From Candidatus Falkowbacteria bacterium RIFOXYA2_FULL_47_19 (lineage in GTDB: Bacteria; Patescibacteriota; Patescibacteriia; Patescibacteriales; UBA12075), in NCBI GenBank assembly GCA_001780275.1, contig MFGB01000016.1:92161-156160 (forward strand): a stretch of DNA of 64,000 bases, given 5' to 3'. This document shows, in pieces, positions 36,690-46,283 of this stretch (positions within the stretch are counted from its first letter, which is position 1; each line of letters starts with the position of its first letter). Under the pieces are notes generated by a model. The model was not told the DNA's origin and ran no database searches. It was given only the letters and a program-made list of their open reading frames with translations. A program made the position numbers and the translations under genes.

Positions 36690-37346
36690 ATGGATAATAA
36701 GAACAGCAATAAAAATCAAATGAACAATCCTAAAAACACGGGAACGGGCGGATCGGTTTACGCGTCCAAAAAAAGACAGGAAAGAGGCAAAAGGATGCCG
36801 GCGGCCGGCAGGGATAAACAGGAAGAATTCGACCAGCGCATAGTCGATATCGCGCGCGTTACCAGGGTTATGGCCGGAGGCAAAAGGATGCGGTTTCGGG
36901 CCTGCGTGGCGATCGGCGATAAAAAAGGAAGGGTAGCGATCGGATTGGCGAAAGGCGCCGACGTTACTTTGGCAGTTACCAAGGCCGTCAATAAAGCGAA
37001 AAAGAATTTCATAGAAGTGCCGATGGTAAGTGAAACCATACCGCATGAACTTCGCTATAAATACGGCGCGGCTAAGATCCTTTTGAAACCGGCCCGGCCG
37101 GGCAAGGGGGTTATCGCCGGCGGCGCCGCCCGGATTATTTTTGAGCTGGCCGGGATCAAGAATATCACGAGCAAGATATTGGGCACGAACAATAAGGTGA
37201 ACATAGTGAAATGCGCGATCAGGGCTTTAGATAGCCTCAAGAAGGTGGAGAAACCAAAGAAGCAGGAGATTAAAAAAGAAGCGGAAAAAAGCGACGGTAA
37301 CAAGGACGCGGAGGTCAAGAAAAAGGAAGAAATGAGCGGGAAATAA
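36690..37346 (+). CDS. rpsE: 30S ribosomal protein S5 with N- and C-terminal extensions
   Basis: S5 dsRBD plus C-terminal domain (RVTRVMAGGKRMRFRACVAIGD...). Confidence 0.9.
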   Translation: MDNKNSNKNQMNNPKNTGTGGSVYASKKRQERGKRMPAAGRDKQEEFDQRIVDIARVTRVMAGGKRMRFRACVAIGDKKGRVAIGLAKGADVTLAVTKAVNKAKKNFIEVPMVSETIPHELRYKYGAAKILLKPARPGKGVIAGGAARIIFELAGIKNITSKILGTNNKVNIVKCAIRALDSLKKVEKPKKQEIKKEAEKSDGNKDAEVKKKEEMSGK

Positions 37347-37375
37347 TCGAAATAAGTATATAATTTTAGAATATT

Positions 37376-37849
37376 ATGACATTAGCATTACATACGATCA
37401 AATCGACGGCCGGTACGACCAAGAAGCGGAAAAGGGTCGGGCGCGGCAACGCTTCCGGACACGGCACTTATTCCACTCGCGGGCTTAAGGGCCAAAAATC
37501 CAGGAAGGGCGTATCGAACCTGAAGCGTTTAGGCATGAAGCAGGTACTTTTGCGGACGCCGAAAAAGCGCGGATTCCGGTCGCTTAAGCCGAAGCTGCAG
37601 GTTGTCAATCTGTCCTTGATAAATGATAATTTTAAGGATAAAGACATCATCGATCCCAAAGTTTTACTGGGTAAAAAGCTCATCGATACCGTAAAAACGG
37701 GCGTAAAAGTCCTGGGGCCGGGAAAGCTTATCTTAAAGGGGCTTACTTTTAAGGATGTAAAAATGAGCGGATCGGTCAAAGAAGAACTGGAAAAGGCTGG
37801 CGGAACATGTGTAGTAAAAAAAGAAAAGAAAGTGTATAATAGGAGATAG
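37376..37849 (+). CDS. rplO: 50S ribosomal protein L15
   Basis: KRVGRGNASGHGTYSTRGLKGQKSR. The gene follows rpsE after a 29-bp gap, leaving no room for rpmD. Confidence 0.9.
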   Translation: MTLALHTIKSTAGTTKKRKRVGRGNASGHGTYSTRGLKGQKSRKGVSNLKRLGMKQVLLRTPKKRGFRSLKPKLQVVNLSLINDNFKDKDIIDPKVLLGKKLIDTVKTGVKVLGPGKLILKGLTFKDVKMSGSVKEELEKAGGTCVVKKEKKVYNRR

Positions 37850-37870
37850 ACTATCTTTAAACACACAAGT

Positions 37871-39145
37871 ATGATATTAGACAAATTGGTACAAATCTGG
37901 AAAGCCAAAGATCTAAGGAAAAACATCCTTTTCGTTTTAAGTATGCTGATCATATTCCGTTTTGCGGCCCATATTCCGGTTCCCGGGGTCGATACCGCGG
38001 CTCTGCGGGATTTTTTCGCGTCAAACCAGATTTTGGGTTTATTGAATGTCTTTTCCGGCGGCGGCATGGAGAATTTTTCGATCGTCATGATGGGTATCGC
38101 GCCCTACATTACCGCTTCCATCATTTTTCAGCTTTTAGCCATGATAATTCCGAAAATGGAGGAGATGCAGAAGGAAGAAGCCGGGCGGCAGAAGATAAAT
38201 ATGTGGACGCGCTGGTTAACAGTTCCTTTGTCCGCCATGCAGGCTTTCGCCATGATCACGCTTCTTAGGCGCTCATCCGCTAATATTTTAGGAGAAGTTT
38301 CCGGTTTTAACCTATTCACCATGATCTTAACTATTACGGCCGGCACTATATTCCTGATGTGGATCGGCGAGCTTATTACGGAAAAGAAGGTCGGCAACGG
38401 CATTTCCCTCCTGATCTTCGCCGGTATCGTCGCAAGTCTTCCTTCCGCGATCCAACAGGCGATCGTTCAGTTCGAAGCGGGCGACCTTTTTGTGTTGATC
38501 GGTTTTCCGGCAATCGCGATCATTACGGTTATCGGCGTGGTCGTGATCACTGAGGCGCAGCGCAATATCCCGGTCCAGTACGCCAAACAGATCCGGGGAA
38601 ACCGCATGTACGGCGGCACCTCGACCCATCTTCCCCTCCGGGTAAATATGGCCGGCGTCATACCGATAATCTTCGCGATTTCCGTGGTCTTATTCCCGCC
38701 TATGGTCGCCCAGTTTTTCGTCCATGCCCGTTCGGCCTGGATCGCGAAATCGGCCGAATGGATTATTACCCTTTTTAATAACCAGCTTTTTTACGGCATA
38801 TCTTATTTTCTTCTGGTTTTTGCTTTCACTTATTTTTATACGGAAGTTATTTTCCATCCGACCCAGATCGCCGAGAATCTCCAGAAGCAGGGAGGGTTTA
38901 TTCCCGGTATCCGACCAGGCCGGCATACTAGTGAATATTTGGCTAACACTACGCATAAAATTATATTCGTGGGCGCTTTATTCTTGGGAGCGATCGCCAT
39001 CCTACCTCTTATTATGCGCTATTTTACCGGCATGCAGTCTTTGGCGATCGGCGGCACGAGTCTTTTGATCGTCGTGGCCGTGGTCATTGAAACCGTCAAA
39101 CAGGTAGAATCGCAGCTGACCATGCGCGAGTACGAAGGGATGTAA
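37871..39145 (+). CDS. secY: Preprotein translocase subunit SecY
   Basis: A 10-TM topology and conserved SecY segments (GIAPYITASIIFQLL, GGFIPGIRPG). Confidence 0.95.
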   Translation: MILDKLVQIWKAKDLRKNILFVLSMLIIFRFAAHIPVPGVDTAALRDFFASNQILGLLNVFSGGGMENFSIVMMGIAPYITASIIFQLLAMIIPKMEEMQKEEAGRQKINMWTRWLTVPLSAMQAFAMITLLRRSSANILGEVSGFNLFTMILTITAGTIFLMWIGELITEKKVGNGISLLIFAGIVASLPSAIQQAIVQFEAGDLFVLIGFPAIAIITVIGVVVITEAQRNIPVQYAKQIRGNRMYGGTSTHLPLRVNMAGVIPIIFAISVVLFPPMVAQFFVHARSAWIAKSAEWIITLFNNQLFYGISYFLLVFAFTYFYTEVIFHPTQIAENLQKQGGFIPGIRPGRHTSEYLANTTHKIIFVGALFLGAIAILPLIMRYFTGMQSLAIGGTSLLIVVAVVIETVKQVESQLTMREYEGM

Positions 39146-39172
39146 TTGTGTTTTTGAATAGTTTATATTAGT

Positions 39173-39199
39173 TCCGGCCCAACGGCCGGTTTTTGTTTT
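39173..39199 (+). terminator. Rho-independent terminator after secY
   Basis: ccggcc-caac-ggccgg followed by tttttgtttt. Confidence 0.6.
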
Positions 39200-39336
39200 A
39201 TAGTAATCATATAAAAAACTTTTTTATAATTTACCGTAGATACTGCCATTAGCGGAAGCCAGCGGAGAGTGTTAGTATTTTTTTAAAAAGTATTGTATAA
39301 TAAATTTACATTAGAATTTATAATTTATAAAAATTT

Positions 39337-40200
39337 ATGAAGAAAAAGATAATTTATCTTTTTATTATTTTATCGTTGCCGATTTTGTTTTCGGCTTGTT
39401 CCCGGGTAACTTCGATCGAGAAGGAGGGCGCTCCGGAGCTAAAGAAGATCAGGATTTCCGGATCAGGATCGGGTTTGAATATATTAAGCTCGGTAATAGA
39501 GCTTTTTAAAGAGGATAACCCGGACATTAAAATCGAGATCTTGCCCGGTACCGGCACGGGCGAAGGGATTATCGGTGTGGACCAGGGAGTCCTGGATATT
39601 TGTTTGGGCGCCAGAGAAATGAACGAAGAAGAAAGGGGGAAATACCCCGACCTGACGGAATCGACGTTCGTTCTAGATGCCATGGTCTTAACTATCCACA
39701 ATTCACAGAGCATAGATAATTTAAGCAAAGAGAATATTGTCGATATTTTTTCCGGACGGATAAATAATTGGAAAGAACTCGGGGGCAATGACGCCGAGAT
39801 AGTAATACTCGATCGGGAGGAAAGCGAATCCAGCAAGCTTTTGTTGAGAAAATACATCCTGGGCGAAGATCTGGAGGTAGATAAGGACGCGGTATTGATC
39901 CACAGCGCGGCATCGATGGACGAAGCGCTTGAATTATCGGTTAACGCCATGGGCCAAACCTCTTTAGGGATGATAAAATACAAAAAATTACCGGTCAAAG
40001 CTTTGTCTATAGACGGAATTTCGCCCAACGAAGAAACGGTAAGGAGCGGCAGCTACGAGATGGTCCGTCGGTACGGCATAATATATGATCAGGTCAAGTT
40101 GACCCCGGAGGCAGAGAAATTGATCGATTATCTTCATAGTCCGGAGGTAAAGAGCGCGTTAAGTTCATTCGGGTTTTTCCCGGAAGATGACGAATTATGA
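39337..40200 (+). CDS. Lipoprotein, periplasmic-binding-protein fold (PstS/phosphate-binding-like substrate-binding domain)
   Basis: A lipobox (LFSAC) and PBP type-2 motifs (ISGSGSGLN ... LPGTGTGEGI). The promoter is TGTATAAT at about 39294. Confidence 0.6.
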   Translation: MKKKIIYLFIILSLPILFSACSRVTSIEKEGAPELKKIRISGSGSGLNILSSVIELFKEDNPDIKIEILPGTGTGEGIIGVDQGVLDICLGAREMNEEERGKYPDLTESTFVLDAMVLTIHNSQSIDNLSKENIVDIFSGRINNWKELGGNDAEIVILDREESESSKLLLRKYILGEDLEVDKDAVLIHSAASMDEALELSVNAMGQTSLGMIKYKKLPVKALSIDGISPNEETVRSGSYEMVRRYGIIYDQVKLTPEAEKLIDYLHSPEVKSALSSFGFFPEDDEL

Positions 40201-41177
40201 AATTCAAGATATTCCACAAGATAATCGTCAGTTTTTTATCGCTGATCCTTTTATTTACCGGGGCGATATCGTACGTGATTTATAACACGAAAACGACATT
40301 TGAAGAGGTTGAAAGAAATACGGAGCTCGTACACGGTATTTACGAGCTGACCATAGTTTTGCATCAGCTATCAAACGTTACTAAGGACTACACTCTCAAC
40401 AGGGAAAAAGGAACGGCCGAAGGATTAAGAAGCATGTGGGTGAATTATTTTTATAAGATGAATTCAGCCTTGGAATATCTTAAGGATAATGGATCATATC
40501 CGGAAGCGGTCGGTTTGATCGAAGAAAATATATTGATCGTCAATAATAACGTCGATATGGTGGTCGATATCAATGCTCTTTTGTCGGTTACTTCGGACGA
40601 GGGCAAAAAGGAAGAGCTTATTAAAGAGCGGGAAAACGCGTTGGGCGAGCTTAATGTCCTGCAGAAAAAGATCTCCGGTATAGTCGAGAATGTCAACGCG
40701 GAGGCGGAAGAGGAATACCACCTGTCCATGCGCAGGAACCAGGATATTATCACGGCCGCTTATTATATATTCATGTTCGTGATCATTCTCTCGTTCATCC
40801 TGGCGGTGCTTATCTCTTATTCGATATCGATCCCGATACATAAGCTCTATAAAGGCACGGAGGCGATCGAAAAGGGGAATTTAGATTTTAAAGTAGGCAC
40901 GGACGCCGGCGACGAGATCGGCCAACTGTCACGTTCTTTCGACAAGATGGTATCGGCCTTCAAGAAATCCCTGCAAAAAATAGAATCGCAGAACAGGACC
41001 CTGGACGAAGAAGTGAAAATAAGGACAAAAGAACTCGATGAAAAGAATAAAGAGCTTGAGCGGACACTGGAAGATTTTTATACTATCCGTTTGGGCATGC
41101 AAAGAGATCTGGAAAAAGGAACCGTCAGCGAGGAAAATAAAAAAATAAGGGAAAGGCTGGATAAGCTCAAAAGGTAA
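40197..41177 (+). CDS. Membrane protein with periplasmic domain, HAMP domain and C-terminal coiled coil; no kinase or MCP output domain
   Basis: Two TM helices flank a periplasmic region of about 150 aa. A HAMP domain (IHKLYKGTEAIEKGNLDFKVGTDAGDEIGQLSRSFDKMV) is followed by about 80 aa of coiled coil. The start overlaps the upstream lipoprotein gene (ATGA). Confidence 0.6.
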   Translation: MKFKIFHKIIVSFLSLILLFTGAISYVIYNTKTTFEEVERNTELVHGIYELTIVLHQLSNVTKDYTLNREKGTAEGLRSMWVNYFYKMNSALEYLKDNGSYPEAVGLIEENILIVNNNVDMVVDINALLSVTSDEGKKEELIKERENALGELNVLQKKISGIVENVNAEAEEEYHLSMRRNQDIITAAYYIFMFVIILSFILAVLISYSISIPIHKLYKGTEAIEKGNLDFKVGTDAGDEIGQLSRSFDKMVSAFKKSLQKIESQNRTLDEEVKIRTKELDEKNKELERTLEDFYTIRLGMQRDLEKGTVSEENKKIRERLDKLKR

Positions 41178-41284
41178 TTTGACGGCACCGATTGACAACG
41201 CAGAAAAACTCAGGTTATACTTAAAATATCCATAAATATCGCTTTTTTAACTTTAATAGAAGCTCGGGCAAAAAGAGGTGAAAA

Positions 41285-41482
41285 ATGGACGAGAAAACCA
41301 GGGAACTTTTCGGGCAATTCGTGGGTAAACACGTTTTTTTTGAAGGTAATGAGTATATTTTACGGGAAGTCGGCGAATTTTGCGGCCTCTCCGGCCAATG
41401 GCTGGCGAATGAACCGAACTGTTATTACGAAAAAGTGAATGTCTGGGTCCATTACAGCCGCTTGGTCCTTTGGGGACTGTAA
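41285..41482 (+). CDS. Small hypothetical protein (65 aa)
   Basis: An AAGAGGTG RBS lies 6 nt upstream, and a TTGACA-17-TTATAC promoter lies at about 41193-41225. No known motif. Confidence 0.3.
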   Translation: MDEKTRELFGQFVGKHVFFEGNEYILREVGEFCGLSGQWLANEPNCYYEKVNVWVHYSRLVLWGL

Positions 41483-41509
41483 AGGTCCCGAATTTTAAAA
41501 ATTCCGTTG

Positions 41510-41538
41510 ATCCTTCCGCAAATCGGAAGGATTTTATT
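41510..41538 (+). terminator. Rho-independent terminator
   Basis: atccttccg-caaat-cggaaggat followed by tttatt. Confidence 0.6.
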
Positions 41539-41639
41539 ATTGAACGCATTTATTTGAAATTCGACAATCATTTATGTTATAATAAAAGCAATCGCGAAAT
41601 AGCCGAAGAAAGGCCTTTTAACGCAAAAAAAGAAAAATC

Positions 41640-43343
41640 GTGGATCCGATCATCAGCCTCAAAAATATAAATTTCGTCTATAATAAGGGTAAGGACAATG
41701 AATTCCAGGCTCTTATTAACGTTAATCTGGAAATTTACCCCGAAGAATTTATAATTATCTTCGGGCCTTCCGGCTGCGGCAAATCTTCCCTTTTAAACGT
41801 TTTGGCCGGACTGGAAACGCCCGATTCCGGCACGATCTCTATTTTGGGCAAAGACATGATGACCTTAAGCAAGAAGGATTTCGCCTGGTATCACCGCAAC
41901 CAGCTAGGCATGATCTATCAGGCTTATAACCTGATCACGAGCCTGACCGTTCTTGAAAATGTCGCCCTGCCCCAGATATTCCTCAATGTCCGTAAGAGAA
42001 AGAGAGAGAAGTGGTCATTATCGCTTCTGGAGCGCTTCGGGATCGTTAAACACGCCCAAAAGATCCCCACTGAATTATCAGGCGGCCAGCAGCAGCGGAT
42101 CGGCATCGCCCGGTCGATCGTCAATAATCCCAAACTTATATTGGCGGACGAGCCCGTCGGCAACCTTGACTCTGTTTCGGCCCAGAACGTTTTCGATATC
42201 CTGGAAGAACTTAATGAAAAAGAAAAAAAGACCATTATTCTGGTTACCCATAATCCTGAAAATCTCGACTACGCCGATCGCATAATCTACATGAAAGACG
42301 GGATCATAACCCGTGAGGTCGTTAACCGCGAAAAACACAAGAAAGAAAAGAAGGTCGGACCCGGAGCTGAGGTTAAAAGCGCCATAAACCAGATGGAGGA
42401 CCTCATGCGCGCTTATCACGGTCTGTCGCCGGAACAGATCAATATCCTGATCATGCCCTATAAGGCCAAGGTCTTCGCGCACCATTTCATAACCACGCGG
42501 AACATGGAGGAAACCAGGGTCTTCGAGGAATCTATCCAGCGTCGGCTCCTGGGCACGATCTCGCAGGAAGAATTATATGACATACTTAACCGCAATTCAA
42601 GCGACGGCGGCGTCGGTTTCGATAAAAGAACGACCGATAAGATACTGCGAAGGGTTAACCGTATTATCCGTATGGCCTACTTCGTCTATCAGAAAGATCG
42701 GCAGAGAAAGGATGTGGGCGGGGAACACGTGAAGATCGACTGGGACGAGAAAACGGAAAAGCTGACAAGCTACCTCCTTATGTCTTGCTATCAGGAATAT
42801 TATAAGCATTTGGAAAAAGAGCAGACGGAGCGTTTAAAGAAGGTGGTGCACGACCGGATCGTGGGGAATATCAACAAGATCCAGTTTTTCGGATATCTTG
42901 ATCAACCGTTTCATGACGGGGGAGTGGGGCTTAACAGGAAAACCGCCAGAGCCATCACCGAAGAGATCGAGCTTATATTGATATTGGGATTCGGCATAGT
43001 CGAGATGATGCACCAACGGCAGTCGTTCATGAACCGCAATGCCGTCGGGCAACCCCCCAAACCGGAACCGTCGGGCAAAGAAGAAATAACGGCATCGGCC
43101 GCGGAAAAAAGCGAAGCGGAACCGGTTAAAGCCCCGGCAGCGGAGATGCCTCCGGGACCGGAGGAGATTATAGACCCCAAAGAGGCGGAAATCATCATTA
43201 ACGATATCGTAAGCCCCATCGGCGATGTCGGCATGAAAGATTTTGCCAACGTTATGAATCAGGCAAGATTGAAGCTTAAGGGTTCTTTGTCGGATGATAA
43301 GCTGGGCGACTTGGTAACTAAAGCGATTTTGTCGAGAAAATAA
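41640..43343 (+). CDS. ABC transporter ATP-binding protein (MacB/LolD/FtsE-like) with about 330-aa C-terminal extension
   Basis: Walker A GPSGCGKSS, signature LSGGQQQR and Walker B LILADEP. The extension holds a duplicated DGGVGF/L-(D/N)-(K/R)-(K/R)-T-(T/A) motif and a tail resembling the GatB/YqeY C-terminal domain. Confidence 0.8.
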   Translation: MDPIISLKNINFVYNKGKDNEFQALINVNLEIYPEEFIIIFGPSGCGKSSLLNVLAGLETPDSGTISILGKDMMTLSKKDFAWYHRNQLGMIYQAYNLITSLTVLENVALPQIFLNVRKRKREKWSLSLLERFGIVKHAQKIPTELSGGQQQRIGIARSIVNNPKLILADEPVGNLDSVSAQNVFDILEELNEKEKKTIILVTHNPENLDYADRIIYMKDGIITREVVNREKHKKEKKVGPGAEVKSAINQMEDLMRAYHGLSPEQINILIMPYKAKVFAHHFITTRNMEETRVFEESIQRRLLGTISQEELYDILNRNSSDGGVGFDKRTTDKILRRVNRIIRMAYFVYQKDRQRKDVGGEHVKIDWDEKTEKLTSYLLMSCYQEYYKHLEKEQTERLKKVVHDRIVGNINKIQFFGYLDQPFHDGGVGLNRKTARAITEEIELILILGFGIVEMMHQRQSFMNRNAVGQPPKPEPSGKEEITASAAEKSEAEPVKAPAAEMPPGPEEIIDPKEAEIIINDIVSPIGDVGMKDFANVMNQARLKLKGSLSDDKLGDLVTKAILSRK

Positions 43344-43368
43344 ATAAGATCATTATTTTGGATAATTT

Positions 43369-44571
43369 ATGTTAATCACGGATATTTTCAGATTAGCGAC
43401 CAGGATGTTCCGGACCAATCGTTCCCGGACGATCCTTACTATCCTGGGTATAAGCGTCGGTATCGGGGCCATTCTTTTTTTGGTTTCTTTAGGTTATGGT
43501 CTTCAGGAGATGATTTTAAGGCAGATCACGACCTCCGAAGCTCTTTTAAGCCTCGACGTTTCTACCGGCGATCTTGAGAACCTGAAGATCAATAAGGATA
43601 CTATCGGTGACATAAGCTCGATTCCGGGTGTGGAAAAGCTAAGCCCTCTGGTGTCGGTCCAGGTGCAGATGGGGGTCGAAGACATATCTTCGGAGTTGAC
43701 CGCTAATTTCGCGGACAGCAATTATTTCCGGCTCGACGGAACGACGCTTAAAAAAGGCTCGTTCTACAAAGACGAGCCCGGAGACGTGAAAAAGGTCATT
43801 ATTTCCTCCTCGGCCCTCCAGCTTTTTAATTTAAGCGAAGACGAGGCTTTTGGAAGATTGATAAGGTTTTCCATATTTTTGCCCGAAAAGGAAGAGGATA
43901 AGATCATCCGCGAATCCGTGGAATTGGGCCAGGACTTCCGGATCGTCGGCATTATCGAAGAAGAGGGATCGAACTACGTTTATCTTCCTTTCGCGATCAG
44001 CGAAAAAATGGAGATATTCGATTATAGCAAGGTTAAGGTCAAGGTCGATAGAAAAGAGAACCTTGATATCGTCAGATCGGCGGTTATCGACAAGGGCTAT
44101 ATCGTAAGCGCCCTCTCGGACGTCATCGAGCAGGCGAATCAGGTTTTCGGCATCGTCCAGATAGTTTTAGCTTCGTTCGGCATCGTCGCTCTTATAGTTT
44201 CCGCTATCGGCATGTTCAACACCATGACGATCGCCCTTCTGGAGCGGACCCAGGAGATCGGCATCATGAAAGCTCTGGGCGCGACCAGCCTCGATATCTG
44301 GAACATGTTCCTGGCCGAATCGATAATCATCGGTTTCTTCGGGGGATTGGGAGGAATTATCATCGGCATGGCCGGAGGCGAGGTTTTTAATTATGGCGTC
44401 AATCTTTTGGCCGGAGCTTTGGGCGGGGAAAAGATCGATATGTTCTTTACTCCTTACTGGTTCGTTTTGCTCATCATCTCTTTTTCGACCATTGTCGGCC
44501 TTCTAACCGGTTTTTATCCGGCCCGCCGCGCCGCCCGCATCAACGCCTTGGAAGCGTTGCGGTATAAATAA
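43369..44571 (+). CDS. ABC transporter permease, FtsX/MacB-like (4 TM with large extracytoplasmic domain)
   Basis: TM1, then an extracellular domain of about 220 aa, then three C-terminal TM helices. The protein ends with the characteristic FtsX-family motif (GFYPARRAARINALEALRY). Confidence 0.8.
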   Translation: MLITDIFRLATRMFRTNRSRTILTILGISVGIGAILFLVSLGYGLQEMILRQITTSEALLSLDVSTGDLENLKINKDTIGDISSIPGVEKLSPLVSVQVQMGVEDISSELTANFADSNYFRLDGTTLKKGSFYKDEPGDVKKVIISSSALQLFNLSEDEAFGRLIRFSIFLPEKEEDKIIRESVELGQDFRIVGIIEEEGSNYVYLPFAISEKMEIFDYSKVKVKVDRKENLDIVRSAVIDKGYIVSALSDVIEQANQVFGIVQIVLASFGIVALIVSAIGMFNTMTIALLERTQEIGIMKALGATSLDIWNMFLAESIIIGFFGGLGGIIIGMAGGEVFNYGVNLLAGALGGEKIDMFFTPYWFVLLIISFSTIVGLLTGFYPARRAARINALEALRYK

Positions 44572-44589
44572 TTTTTTACATTTTGAATT

Positions 44590-45366
44590 ATGCTTAATCC
44601 TAAAATAAAGATCAATAAGCGGGACGCTTTGAAGAAATTGACCAAGATCCCCGGACTACTGACGCGATTCGGCTATGGAAAAATAGGGGAGCTCGCGCAA
44701 ACAGTAAGCGACAACGGTTATTATAAAGAACGCATCAAGGCTTATGAAAAGGAACACGGTTTGGACCGGCAGATGATAAAAAAGATCGAAGAGGGCTTGG
44801 GCGAAACGGAAAAAGACCGGTCCCAGATAAGCCGGGAGTATAAGTGGGTGCGGAATAAGGTTGACGGCTATATTAATCCCACGATCGACCAGAAAATCGT
44901 TGAGTCGATCAAGGAGGGGAAAAGCAGTATCAAACAGATAATCAATCAGGCGAAGCGCGATCAGGCGATATACCATCGCCGCCTTAAGGCGGGACATAAG
45001 GATTACGCCCGGAATCTCCAAAAGGGGCGGTTCGCCATAATGGCGGAACGGAAAGCGAGCGCTCTGGATAAAGCTTTGACGAGCGGCACCGGAGAGATCC
45101 AGCGGCGCAAAGCCTTGGGCTTGTCTTATGGCGGCGGAGATGTTTCCGCTTTGAGCGGTGATCCGGAAAAAACCGCCTCTTTGACGTCGCAGGGAGGTTC
45201 GGCGACGGCGGTCAATACCGAAGCCCACGGAGTCGCGGCGGCTATCGGTTCGAAACAGGAAAAGACGAAGGGGAATCCGGGGGGGTTGCCCAGCTCTTTA
45301 GGCGGCAAACTATCGCCCTTCGCCGGCGGCGGTGTTCCCCCGATCGGTTTTTCGAAGAAATTTTAG
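44590..45366 (+). CDS. Hypothetical soluble protein, Lys-rich N-terminal half and Gly/Ser-rich C-terminal tail
   Basis: The 258-aa product has no TM helix and no recognised motif. It is co-directional with, and 18 bp after, the permease gene. Confidence 0.45.
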   Translation: MLNPKIKINKRDALKKLTKIPGLLTRFGYGKIGELAQTVSDNGYYKERIKAYEKEHGLDRQMIKKIEEGLGETEKDRSQISREYKWVRNKVDGYINPTIDQKIVESIKEGKSSIKQIINQAKRDQAIYHRRLKAGHKDYARNLQKGRFAIMAERKASALDKALTSGTGEIQRRKALGLSYGGGDVSALSGDPEKTASLTSQGGSATAVNTEAHGVAAAIGSKQEKTKGNPGGLPSSLGGKLSPFAGGGVPPIGFSKKF

Positions 45367-45403
45367 CCGGTTAATTTTTTATAGCGGGCATAGATCATAA
45401 TTT

Positions 45404-46279
45404 GTGTTTATGCCGAATATCGATATGATCAGAATAAAAACCAAAGCGGAAATCGAAGTATTAAGAGAGGGGGGCAAGAAGCTGGCCTCCGTTTTAAATA
45501 TGGTGGCGAAAAAAGCCGTGCCGGGAGCGACCACGGGAGAGCTCGAAGATCTGGCCTGCGCTTTGATAGAAAAAGCCGGCGGCCGCCCGGCTTTTAAGGG
45601 TTTATCGATGGGGAACGGCGATATTTTTCCGACCGCTTTATGTACGTCGATCAACGACGAGATCGTGCACGCCCCGGCTAAGCCCGGTCGCGCCCTTAAA
45701 TCCGGCGATATTGTCGGGATCGATATCGGCATGGAATACCCCGTCCGCGCCGGCGTTTCGGCGGGCCAGATCCCTGATGCTTTGGATGGGGGTATGCCGC
45801 GCAATAGGTATTCTCCCCGGGGCGGATATTTTACGGATATGGCCGTAACCGTCATGGTGGGACCGGTCGATAAAAAAGCCAGACTGCTTGTCGAGACGAC
45901 TGAAGCGGCCCTGTTTTTGGGGATAAAAACGGTCAAACCGGGAAGTACTTTAGACGATATCGGCCGGGTCATCCAGGGTTTCGTGGAAAAAAGGGGGTTT
46001 TCCGTGGTGCGGGAATTGGTCGGCCACGGGGTAGGGCACAAGATCCACGAAGATCCGCAGGTGCCGCATTACGCCATAACGGACAATAGCGTCAAAAACG
46101 TGGTTTTAAAACCCGGGATGGTCATAGCGATCGAACCGATGGTCAATACCGGCACATGGAAGATCAGGCTCGGGAAAGACGGCCTTACCTATTTGACGGC
46201 CGATGGCGGGCTTTCCGCTCAGTTCGAGCATACGGTCGCCGTCACTCACGCGGGATACGAAATATTGACCGCGTTATAA
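45404..46279 (+). CDS. map: Methionine aminopeptidase, type I (with an internal insertion)
   Basis: Pita-bread fold motifs (IRIKTKAEIEVLREGGK..., DIVGIDIG, HGVGH, IEPMV). The start may lie at a downstream Met. Confidence 0.85.
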   Translation: MFMPNIDMIRIKTKAEIEVLREGGKKLASVLNMVAKKAVPGATTGELEDLACALIEKAGGRPAFKGLSMGNGDIFPTALCTSINDEIVHAPAKPGRALKSGDIVGIDIGMEYPVRAGVSAGQIPDALDGGMPRNRYSPRGGYFTDMAVTVMVGPVDKKARLLVETTEAALFLGIKTVKPGSTLDDIGRVIQGFVEKRGFSVVRELVGHGVGHKIHEDPQVPHYAITDNSVKNVVLKPGMVIAIEPMVNTGTWKIRLGKDGLTYLTADGGLSAQFEHTVAVTHAGYEILTAL

Positions 46280-46283
46280 CAAA

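Noticed and set aside
39354-40028. 224-aa ORF on the minus strand
   Set aside because: It is antisense inside the PstS-like lipoprotein gene. No features.
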